NCBI GenBank assembly: GCA_030390025.1
Contig: CM059432.1
Location: forward strand, 43,774,001 to 43,838,000
Length of the DNA stretch: 64,000 nucleotides
Origin: Squalus acanthias
Lineage: Eukaryota
Direction of reading: 5' to 3'
Made by a program: the position numbers and the translations under genes. Below the pieces are notes generated by a model that did not search any database, was not told the DNA's origin, and worked only from the letters and a program-made list of their open reading frames with translations. Positions 39,042-50,096 of the stretch are shown piece by piece. Positions within the stretch are counted from its first letter, which is position 1. Each line of letters begins with the position of its first letter.

Positions 39042-39390
39042 CCATCCACTGGTTCCCCCTTATCTATTCTGCTAGTTACAACCTCAAAAAACTCGAACAG
39101 ATTTGTCAAACATGATTTCTCTTTCATAAATCTGTGTTGACTCTGCCCAATCCTATTATTATTTTCTAAGTATCTTGTTACCACGTCCTTAATAATAGAT
39201 TCTAGCATTTTCCCTACTACTGATGTCAGGCTAACTGGTCTGTAGTTCCTCGTTTTCTCTCTCCCTCCTTTCTTAAATAGTGGGGTTACATTTGCCTCCT
39301 CCTCACTGTTCACTATACTTCCAAGTTTCGTGTCATCTGCAAATTTTGAAATTGTGCCCTGTACACCCAAGTCCAAGTCATTAATATATA

Positions 39391-39815
39391 CAGGAAACTT
39401 TCGTTTATCCGGCACCCAAATATCCGGAATTCTCGCTTAACCGGCAAAAATCATCCTCCGAAAACTCCTCTCAAATAACCGGCAATGTTGCCGAGTCGCA
39501 GTCGAGTCTCCGCGAACGCCGAGTGCTCCGAAAAATCCTCTCAAATAACCGGCAATGTTGCCGATCCCGAGTCCGAGTCTGAGTCCGCGAACGCCGATTT
39601 AGTCAGTAGGGGTACTTTTCAAAAGTGCCACTACTCGGCCTCCTGGCGCTGTCGCAAGTCCGAAACATTGCAGTAGCATGAGTAGATTCTCCCGTGCTGC
39701 TTGGAGTCTCTTTGTTAAAAATAGCCTCGGTAGATATAACTCTCTGTTATCCGGTACTTTCGATAAACCGGCACCACGCCGGTCCCGTCGATGCCGGATA
39801 AACGAAAGTTTCCTG
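39391..39815. mobile_element. Tc1/mariner-pogo (Tigger-like) MITE
   Basis: Perfect 24-bp TIR CAGGAAACTTTCGTTTATCCGGCA, TA TSD; related copy at 60984-61338. Confidence 0.92.
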
Positions 39816-40376
39816 TATCAAGAAAAGCAGTGGCCCTGGTACTGACCCCTGGGGAACACCACTGTATACCTTCCTCCAGTCCGAAATACAACTCTTCGCC
39901 ACTACTCTCTGTTTCTTGTCACTTAGCCAATTCCGTATCCATCCAGTCACTTAGCCAATTCTGTAGCCAGTTGTATCAAAGCATACAACTATCAATATTA
40001 GTGCCACAAGTTAAATGGCAGCATAACAAAAAGATGTTCAATTTATTTAATCTGATGAGAGGTTAAATGATATGTAAAAATCATTCAGGTCTGTTTCTGG
40101 TCCCTTTTCACGGGAATGAACAATGAGCCCATGCACTAGTCTGGTGTGCTAATTCAAACATCTTTTAGGGTAGTCAAAGAATGTCTATTCTGCCTCCTGC
40201 AGCACAGATCAATCTATTCAGCTCTTAAGCCTAAAATCTCTTTACTCTTCTCTTCCCAATAGCCTTGTTTCATTGTCTTCCACAATCATGACAAGAAGAG
40301 GTAGGTGGCTACCACAGGTGCACACTTGAAAAATTACCCTCTATCAGTAGTTTTGTAGAAATAACAGTTTTATATA

Positions 40377-41082
40377 GGCCTGTATTTTCCGATGCCTACG
40401 GGTGTGTACGCGCTGTGTACACACCCATAGGGACCTCACAAATGCCGGTTTCAGGCATGCGAAGCGCATGCGCTGAAAACCGGCATTTCCGATCTGTCAA
40501 GAATCCTCTTGACAGATCGGACGCCTGCCCTGGAGAAGGGCCTCTGCGGGTGGAGAGTTCCGCTTTCTGCGTAAGGCCTGCTTTTACCAGTATAAGAGTT
40601 TAAAAAAGTAAAAAAAACATTTTTTTCACTCATTTATAATTTAAAAATACTTTAAAAAAAGGTAAGTTTATTTTTAGCCCCGTAAAAAACTTTAATTTTT
40701 TTTTCAAAAAATTAATTTTTTTAAAAAAATATTTAATTTAATGTAATTTTAACTAATTTTAAAAACGGGATTTTATTTTTTAAATGTATTTAATGTTTTG
40801 ATGTGTTTTTGGAGTGATCTCCATTCATACTTTTGACAGGTCGATCTGTCAAAAGTATGAAGGGAGATTCCCTTCTCCCATTGGCTCCTGGTGGCCCACG
40901 TGATCCCAGGGACGCTTGCGAACCGCATGCACCCCTGGGATACCTGGGCTCTGAGCATTCCGTCGTGGAGAGGCCCAGGAGCGGAAATGGCCGGACCTCT
41001 GGAGCCCTCAGGTAAGGGCGTAGATTTTCTCCAGATCGGAGGCCTCCGCACGCAGGAAGCCTCCAATTGGAAAATACGGGCC
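40377..41082. mobile_element. Harbinger-like MITE with an AT-rich centre
   Basis: TIR GGCCTGTATTTTCC / GGAAAATACGGGCC, flanks ATA / ATT, internal TTGACAG...CTGTCAA palindromes. Confidence 0.82.
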
Positions 41083-41873
41083 ATTGTTTCTCGAAACTCC
41101 CATTTCCAATACATTCAAACTGGAAGCTGCAGAGATTTGCAGAGATTACTTTTATTTATTCAACCTCACAAGCACAGTTGGAATAAAACTAGTTGCACAC
41201 ATGGAGCAGGCCAATAATTACATGGCTGCTGCACTTTAGATTCAGCAGGAGTAAGTTTGGATTGGGATGGCAGAGGAAGTCAAGTTGATAAGAGTGCTGA
41301 GGCCATATCCCCTGCCTCTAAACCTGCCTCTTGTGGATATCTGTCAATCAGCCACTACTCCTGAAGGTACACCATACATTTTTCTTCTGCTATCTAACTG
41401 GACGTCTGCACGCAGTCTGTATAATAGGCTTGCAAAATCTTTGTTGGACATTTTGACTAAACTTCATTCTGTCAATTAAGTGCTTATTTAAGTGGTTAAG
41501 ATAAATGAAGGGAGCATTTTTATAGATGAGTCCCAGCTGGCTGATTAGCACCAATGCATTCAGTTTGCACTAAAATCTTGGAAGCAAAAGGGTGCTTTTG
41601 ATTTTGATCATTAAATATATAAAAGAAGGGCTATTAATCGTAATGGATAAGTTCAGTGAGACTATACTTCAATCGTGGAGCTTCACTGAATGGGAGCAAA
41701 GAGTGGAGAACTGGCCATGTCAGCATGCCTGATTCTTAACGTTCTCAATCTTCTAGTGACTAAAACGATTGAAGAATATGTTCTGGTTTTTGCCACTGTC
41801 AAGTGGGGTTCCACACCAGGAGAGCCAAATCTCTGAATTTACCCTTATATTCCTGATGAGAGGAAAATATATT

Positions 41874-43634
41874 GAGGGGAATTTTCCGGGGGGTCAGCGG
41901 GCGCGATTGGTGGTGGGTCGGGTGGGAAATTTTATTTTTGACAACAGGTAGGGAACCCGCTGTCAACCTGCTTTCACGTTAGTCTCCCAGATGTCGGGTC
42001 TGTCAGCACTGAACAAACCCGACATCAAGCAGCGGGGGAGGCAATTTAGATCATTAAAAGATTGTTAAGAGGCACTTAAATACTATTTTAAGCTTACCTT
42101 TCAATTTTACGAGTTCCCCCATGGGTTATACGCTGTTGGGGGATCACGTCAGCTCAGCAGGTCAGGAGTTGTGTCACCGTTGAATTATCTGATTACTTGT
42201 CAGCTGCAAAAGTTGTACAAATACTCCCATCTCACAGCTGTTCACTTTCCAAGCTCAGAAACTGTTGCTTACTGCATTTGGAAGACAGATTGAGCTTTAT
42301 GCATCTTGCAAGTGTTTGAAGCCAACTCTCTACCCAGTGCCATCTCATTGGAACAACCTCTCTGACCATTGACAAATTTGCTTCTGTCATCTCAACTTCA
42401 CCTGCCATCTATTACATCAGCATCGGTGCCCTTGAAACTATCTCACCTTGGTCCTCAGAATCCCACCACGATCAGCCCCAACACCAGCAGCACCAGGCAC
42501 ACCAGCAGCACCAACAACAACACCAACCTTCTCCGCAATCAACTGATGCTGCACAGGACAGAGGGCATCAGTACCCGACCACATTGCTGCCTGGGACACC
42601 AGGGATGGCCTCACCATAGCCAGATTTACTTCACTTCATGCTGTACACCCTGGCTGCCACATAATGCGCCAGGTTGGCACCACCCCACACCAACACCATA
42701 AAGCATCCCTATAATGCCCAAGCCATTCCTTTCACACTCATCGCCATTGCGGGGGGTACCATTATGTCTCCCCATTCACTGCAACTCACTAAGCCACTTC
42801 CAAAGGTGCACTCAAATCTGTAAAAGAACACAGTGTTGAAAATAAAGATTTAAAAGTTTGACAGCACATTAACAGAAACTTCACATGAACATTGGCTAAA
42901 ACACCCAAGTGCCTTCCCTTGTGTGTTGTTAGTTGGTATGATTGGACTAGGATGAGGGTGAGTGTGAGGGGTGGCTAGTGAAATGGGGAAGTGATAATGT
43001 AGGTAGAGAGGGATGGGTGGAGGTGCAAGGTAAGTTGGTGTGAGTAAGGATGTGCAGGAGTAGGGTACGGAAGGCAGAGTGATGGGGATGTGATGAGAGA
43101 CACAGCAGGATGACGTTTCGTGATCTACTGAGATAATTTGAAAGGTTTGCGTCACCGCAGCCTGGTCCTCCTGACGACATCCCTGCTTGTGCCCTCCTCT
43201 GCAATGTGCAACCAGGCTGTGTTGATCTCCTGAGGAGATCTCTTCCGCCCATAGGAAGGGAAGAGGACCTCTCTGTATGCTGTGACTCCCTCCATAAGCA
43301 TATGGAAGGAGTCATGGGAGAGCCTGAGTGCAGCCGTGCACCTTTGTGCAGTGCTTGTCAGTGTTTGCAGCCCCTCAATGCTGTAGAACACTGACAGCAG
43401 AACTGTCAAAATGAATGTGGACATGGCACCTTTAAGGAAACTGGCTGATGACGCGTCATCAAATGACTTCATCAGACCCGCTTACTTCAATTGGCCAGGA
43501 AATGCGCTGGGCGGCTTAACAAGCCCAATCATCTTAAGATCACTCGACAGAGTGGGCTGGAGCCAACAGCGAGGTTGGGACCCGCCACCGACCCCGGCCA
43601 CACCGGACCCGCATCAGTTGGCGAAATCACGGCC
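41874..43634. mobile_element. Harbinger internal-deletion derivative with Myb exon 1 remnant (-) and a Gln/His-rich probable transposase 5' remnant (+)
   Basis: ATT TSD, degenerate TIRs, LMEGVTAYREVLFP..GRKR...AWLHIAEE at ~43150-43330; right end similar to 1693-2567. Confidence 0.8.
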
Positions 43635-43637
43635 ATT

Positions 43638-43907
43638 GGGCTGGATTTTGATACTGGGGCGGGTTGGGGTCGTGTCATCCGCATTTCATGTTATCCACCC
43701 GCCTGCAATTGGATGTGGGAGATTGATGCAATTTTCACTTAATTGGCCAATTGAGTTCCAGCATGTGGGAACCCATGAACCAATTAGTGGTTTCAGTCTG
43801 AAAGTCACCTCTGATGATGTCATCATTGCAGGTCAGAGACTGCCTGGTCTCAGAGATTGCCTGGCCTTTGCTGTGAGAGGACCTGGATGCAAAATGAGCA
43901 GCATCTC

Positions 43908-43983
<76 letters not shown>

Positions 43984-44453
43984 TTTTTTGCAACCAAGTC
44001 CTCCCAGGCAGTCTCTGAAGACATTCAATGCAGCAGCATCAGAGGCGACTTTCAGACCTAATACTACTACTACCTTCATCACAATACTACTACTACCTTC
44101 ATCACATCTCCGTTGTAATAGTGGACCTGCAGCTGATAGTCAGCTATCCACTTGTGCTCCCGTCAGGTTTCACTGGCATGTTTCACATCAGGCATACTTC
44201 ACGTCGAAAAAGGGTTAAAGTAGCTAAAACGTTTCAAAATGGCATTACAGAGCCAATTTAGGGCTTGTTAAGGGCTTTAATGGCCTCTCCCGCCTCTTGG
44301 AGGCGGGACGGAGTCGGGAACCCCGCGACTGATTTTGTCAAAATTGCGTGGAGGCGGAATGGAGTCGGGATGGGGTCGGGACCCCCGAATCTGCAACTTT
44401 AACCCCCCACACGCCTCCAAGCCTGACTCCACGGGTCATTGAAAATCCAGCCC
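43638..44453. mobile_element. Harbinger MITE (same family as 7401-8137)
   Basis: TIR GGGCTGGATTTT, ATT TSD. Confidence 0.92.
43908..43980. repeat. (GA)n microsatellite inside the MITE
   Basis: About 36 GA units with two interruptions; shorter tract in the sister copy at ~7682-7705. Confidence 0.95.
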
Positions 44454-45139
44454 ATTGTGTTTGGACAACATTGCCGGTAATTGACTTGGGGGTTCTTCTG
44501 TTCGGCTGTTATTACTTTGGCAGAAGAGCGGCAGAAACACCATTGATGTGTGTGTTCCAGTCTTCCACTGAAGTTACGGTGGCTGATCAGGTAGAATCCC
44601 TGAGGAAATTGCCAGCGGACGTCTCAAACTGAATTGTCTGTTTCAAAGAATATCAATGATCTCACATATAACACAAATAAGAACATCTTGACACCTGCCT
44701 GACTACAGTTAATGTCTTTGGACATGTTTCTGTCTTTTACCTGTTAACTGTTAAACTGCTGGTATAAATTTTGTAGGATTTTGAAACATTGTTTAATTCA
44801 GCATTACTATTACAGTAAAATAATTAGCACCATAATTTGACGTCTGTATATATACAGCTATAATTGAAGTATGTATGATGTTTAAAAAAAAATCAAAAAT
44901 TTAAATTTGTTTCAAAGATGATGCCAGCTTTTCCACAAATTAATCTTTGTCAATGCTCTTACCATTAACTTGACTGGCAAACAGTAAAGAAAGTTGCAAA
45001 CACTGGGAACCTGCCATGTTAAAAAATGTCACCTGTGGCATGTAACTTCTACTTAGTCCAAGCCAAGGAAATTCTTATTTTCTGTGACGGACAAGTTGAT
45101 ATACCAAAGTTTATCGATATATTAAGTTCATATGATAAC

Positions 45140-47393
45140 ATTTTATATTGAGTTTGAAAGTGATTTAGTTAAATCCGAAACTAGGTCCTTAAATCTAAAC
45201 AAAGCAAACTACATAGGAATGAGGGGCAGTTGGCTAAGGTAGATTGGGAAACTACATTAAAAGGTATGACGGTAGACAAGCAATGGCTAGCATTTAAAGA
45301 ATTAATGCATAATTTACAACAAATATACATTCCTTTAAGGCACAAAAACTCCACAGGAAAAGTGGTCCAACCGTGGCTAACAAGAGAAGTTAAAGATAGT
45401 ATTAGATCAAAGGAAGAGGCTTATAATGTTGCCAAAAAGAGTAGTAAGCCTGAGGATTGGGAGGATTTTAGAATTCAGCAAAGGAGGACCAAGAAATTGA
45501 TAAAGAAAGGGAAAATAGAATATGAGAGTAAACTAACGAGAGACATAAAAACAGACTGTAAAAGCTTCTATAGGTATGTAAAAAGGAAAAGATTAGCAAA
45601 AGTAAATGTGGGTCCCTTACAGGCTGAGACAGGAGAAATTATAATGGGGAATAAGGAAATGGCTGGGAAATTAAACAAATACTTGTGTCTATCTTTACGG
45701 ACGAAGACGCAAAAAACTTCTCGGAAATAGTGGAGAACCAAGGGTCTAGCGAGAATGAGGAACTGAAAGAACTTGATATTAGTAAAAAAAAAATAGTTCT
45801 GGAGAAATTAATGGAACTGAAAGCCAATAAATCCCCTGGACCTGCTGGTCTACATCCTAGGGTTTTGAAAGAGTTGGCTATGGAGATAGTGGATGCATTG
45901 GTTGTCATTTTCCAAAATTCCACAGATTCTAGAACAGTTCCCGCAGATTGGAAGGTAGCAAATGTAACCCCAATATTTAAGAAAGGAGGGAGAGAGAAAA
46001 AGGGAAACTACAGACCAGTTAGCCTGACATCAGTAGTAGGGAAAACGCTAGAATCTATTATTAAGGACGTGGTAACAGGACACTTAGAAAATAATAATAG
46101 GATTGGGCAGAGTCAACACGGATTTATGAAAGGGAAATCGTGTTTGACAAATCTGTTAGTTTTCTGAGGTTGTAACTAGCAGAATAGATAAGGGGGAACC
46201 AGTGGATGTGGTTTATTTGGATTTTCAGAAGGAATTCGATAAGGTGCCACACAAGAGGTTATTAAACAAAATTAGGGCTCATGGGATTGGGGGTAATATA
46301 CTAGCATGGATTGAGGATTGGTTAATGGACAGAAAACAGAAAGTAGGAATAAACGGGTCATTTTCGGGTTGGCAGGCCGTAACTAGTGGGGTACCACAGG
46401 GATCAGTGCTTGGGCCTCAGCTATTCACAATCTACATCAATGATTTGGATGAGGGGACCAAATGTAATATATCTAAGTTTGCTGATGATACAAAGCTGGA
46501 TGGGAATGTAAGTTGTGAAGAGGATGCAAGGAGGCTTCAAGGGGATATAGACAGGCTAAGTGAGTGGACAAGAACATGGCAAATGAATATAAAGTGGAGA
46601 AATGTGAAGTTATCCGCTTTGGTAGGAAAAATAGAAAAGCAGAGTATTTTTTAAATGGTGAGAGATTGGGAAATGTTGGCGTTCAGAGAGACCTGGGTGT
46701 CCTTGTACACAAATCACTGAAAGGTAACATGCAGGTACAGCAAGCAATTAGGAAAGCAAATGGTATGTTGGCCTTTATTACAAGAGGATTTGAGTATAAG
46801 AGTAAAGACGTCTTACTGCAATTATATAGGGCCCTGGTGAGACCACACCTGGAGTACTGTTTTGGTCTCCTTACCTAAGGAAGGATATACTTGCCATAGA
46901 GGGAGTGTAACGAATGTTCACCAGACTGGTTCCTGGGATGGGGGGATTGTTCTACGATGAGAGATTGTGTAGACTAGGCCTATATTCTCTAGAGTTTAGA
47001 AGAATGAGAGGTGATCTCATTGAAACATACAAAATTCTTAGAGGGCTTGATAGGGTAGATGCAGGGAGGATGTTTCCCCTGGCTGGGGAGGCAAGAACCA
47101 GCGGTCACAGTCTCAGAATAAGGGGTCAGCCATTTAGGACTGAGATGAGGAGAAAGTTCTTCACTCAGGTGAATCTTTGGAATTCTCTACCCCAGAGGGC
47201 TGTGGAGGCTCAGTCGTTGAGTATATTCAAGACAGAGATCGATAGATTTTTGGATATTAAGGGAATCAAGGAATATGGGGATAGTGCAGGAAAGTGGAGT
47301 TGAGGTAGAAGATCAGCCATGATCTTATTGAATGGCGGAGCAGGCTCGAAGGACCAAATGGTCTACTCCTGCTCCTATTTCTTATGTTCTTAT
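45140..47393 (+). mobile_element. 5'-truncated CR1 family A
   Basis: Collinear and highly similar to 1147-4260; RT motifs; frameshifts. Confidence 0.95.
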
Positions 47394-48248
47394 AAAGTTA
47401 TTACTATCACTATTGATTGAGGTAGAAACAGTAGAATCTTGGGGCCAGATTTTGCTTTAGGTATCTAACGGCATCTGCCACTAGTTAGACTTGCCCGGGC
47501 ACCCTCCAGCTGAAAAGATTTTGTCCATAAAGTTGCTGAAATTATGAACTGATAACGGCGCAATGAGGGAAACAGGACATTTGGGGCCCGAATGAACAGG
47601 GCAACGAAATGGGTATATCCTTAACCAATGAGATTGAAGGATTGGGAAATAAACATAGGAAGGACTGAGAAGGAGTGTGAATTAAAGGGGGTGAATTCAA
47701 TGCAAAATCAAGTGCATAAAGCGAAATAAAGCGAGGGAAAGAAAGATTGGGCGCAAAATTTGTATCATTAGTGCCTGTTTTTTGGATGCTATGAGTGCTC
47801 TTAGAGCTCAAAAATGGACTCCGCTGTGTGTGACGAATCAAGCCGGCCGCCATATTGGTGGGAGCGTTAATGCATGCACAGTGAACATCTACCGGAAGTA
47901 TGCAGAGCAGGCAGATCATGACGTCAATCAGCGTGCAATGTTGATTTGCCTCCAACGCCGCCATTTTGGTGCTCAATGCTCCATCTAATGCGCTCTCTTA
48001 ACCTCACACAACTGAACACACGTTCAGCAGCAGGAAGGACCTCCCACCAGTACTATTTAAAGGGATAATCAACTACTTACAGGTTAGATGCTGGTTGACT
48101 TCTTCTGGCTGTTTGTACGATTCTAAAAGTTTTTGGTGCTTTCTATAGTTGTTTCACATTGCAAAAGTTTGCAGGGAGATGTGCGGCAGGTGATGAAGGA
48201 CTTTTTCCCTGACTTCAAGGCTTCTGCACAGACCATTTGCTGCCAGAC

Positions 48249-49360
48249 ATGGGTGCACTAGTAGGAACTCTCCCTAGAATACAGCATGACTTGGAGAATG
48301 AACAGAGGCCATGCAGAGTAGGACAAGCTGCTAGAAGAGGGAGGAGGAGGAGGAAGAGAAGGGCTCTCAGCAGGAGGCCATATCCACCCAAGGTGTTCAG
48401 GGAGCAATTCTCCTATCTGAACCTCAGCAAGGAACAATGTGTGAGACATCTGCACTTCTGTAAGGACGTCCTCACTGAAATCTGCCACCTGCTGCAGACA
48501 CAACCTCAGAGCAGGGCAGGAATCACATTTCCAGTGACTGTGACAGTGACCGTGGCGATGAACTTTTATGCGACTGGCTCCTTCCAGGTTGGAGTTGGAG
48601 ATATTTGCAACATCTCACAGTTTGCTGTCCACTGTTGTGTAAGGGAGGTCACTGAGGCTCCCCATTCAAAGAGAGCTGGCTACATTCCATTCTCTCTTAC
48701 CAGAGACCAGCAGGTGGAGCGAGCACACGGCTTTGCGAGGATTGCAGGTTTCCCCATGGTGCAGGGTGCCATTGACTGCACGCACATCGCTTTGCGGGTG
48801 CCGCATGTCAACTCTGTCATATACCGGATCTGAAAGGGATTCCACTCCCTCAACGTCCAGCTGGTGTGCGACCATAGGCAGCGAATGATGCAGGTCAATG
48901 CCCGGTATCCTGACAGAGACCTTATGCCTTCATTCTGCAGCAGTCCGCAGTGCCAGTTGCATCTGAGCCACCACGGCAAACCAAAGGGCGGCTACTGGGT
49001 GACAAGGGCTATCCACGGATGACATGGCTCCTGACTCCAGTTCGCAATCCATGCACACGTGCAATGAAAGCCATGCTACCACACAGAATGTGATAGAGCA
49101 GACCAATAGCATGCTGAAACAACGCTTCCACTGCCTGAACTGCTCTGGAGGAGCCCTGCAGTACTCGGCAGAGTTGGTGTCAAATTCGTGGTGGTCTGCT
49201 GCACAACCTCGCCATCATGAGGGCACAGCCCTTGCCACCAGCTATACGGCGAGCAGCTGAGGAAGAGGAGGAGGAGGAAGAGGAAGGGAGAAGGTAACCT
49301 AGACAGCCCGTTTCTGCCTGGGCTGTCCGTGAACAACTTATCCGAGTGCGACACGAGTAA
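48249..49360 (+). pseudogene. Harbinger DDE transposase of H3
   Basis: RRPYPPKVFREQFSYL, GFPMVQGAIDCTH, LLGDKGY, IEQT..MLKQRF, poly-Glu; stops and frameshifts. Confidence 0.92.
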
Positions 49361-49883
49361 CGGCAGCCCCAATTCCCCATTCACCAACAGTCCCACACCT
49401 TACCTTCCCTCTGTCACTGATCATCACAGCATCCGCTTGGCCGCAATGCAAAAATAAAAACCTCCACACAATAAACATTGCAAACCAAATTTATAAATCA
49501 AATCATGCCATATTGCATACAGATATCAACTAATCACCCTTGTACATTCCCTCAGTGCCTGTCTTCCATGTGTCTTTGCCTGTCCTAGTAGTCTATGCAG
49601 TGCTACCCCAGTGTCTGCAGCATGGCTGGTGAAAGGCTGCTGAATTTCAGTGGAGGACACTGCAGATGGCCTTGGAGGACGATCTCAAGCAGCTCTGGGC
49701 CTAGAAGGCCCGGCTGTGGACTGCAACATCTCGGCAAGGGCGGCAGCAGTCTGGGCTGGCTGGCTGACAGGCAACAGCAAGGGCACTGGTGGAATGGTGG
49801 GGTGGGAGGACTAATGCTGTCATCCTGAGAGAGGACAACAGTCTCGTGCTCCACGTGCTGCGAGTGTGAAATCGAGTGATGGT

Positions 49884-50077
49884 TGTCGTAAGAATGAGCC
49901 TTACGCGTGGTGAACTTAAAGTAAGCTTTAATCAACTAAAAAGGTGCTACATACAAAAGAGGTCTTACTCTATGCCTCTCCAGGATCCAACTGATCAGTC
50001 CAGTATTTATCCTGGACTAATCACAGGAAGTGATGCAATAAAGTTCGAGTCACAGGAAGCTGTATTGTGTTACCACA
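49884..50077 (-). repeat. Gypsy 3' LTR
   Basis: Matches 54134-54327 except one C/T; adjacent to the PPT. Confidence 0.97.
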
Positions 50078-50096
50078 TTCTCCCCCCCCCAAAAGA

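Larger units (their letters stand above)
35971..39295 (-). mobile_element. 5'-truncated CR1 family A nested in CR1 family B
   Basis: RT pieces collinear with 2840-4260; CTCCT duplicated at both ends; (TTCTTATG)n tail. Confidence 0.9.
30928..39955 (-). mobile_element. CR1 family B 3' fragment (pieces 30928-30942, 35093-35970, 39296-39390, 39816-39955) expanded by nested insertions
   Basis: Reading VNSEE|ESDRLQE joins across 39296/35970; CATAGAAT tail split by H2. Confidence 0.85.

Noticed and set aside
43411..44061. 216-aa ORF with an ER repeat
   Set aside because: Spans two MITEs and a GA microsatellite; chance open frame
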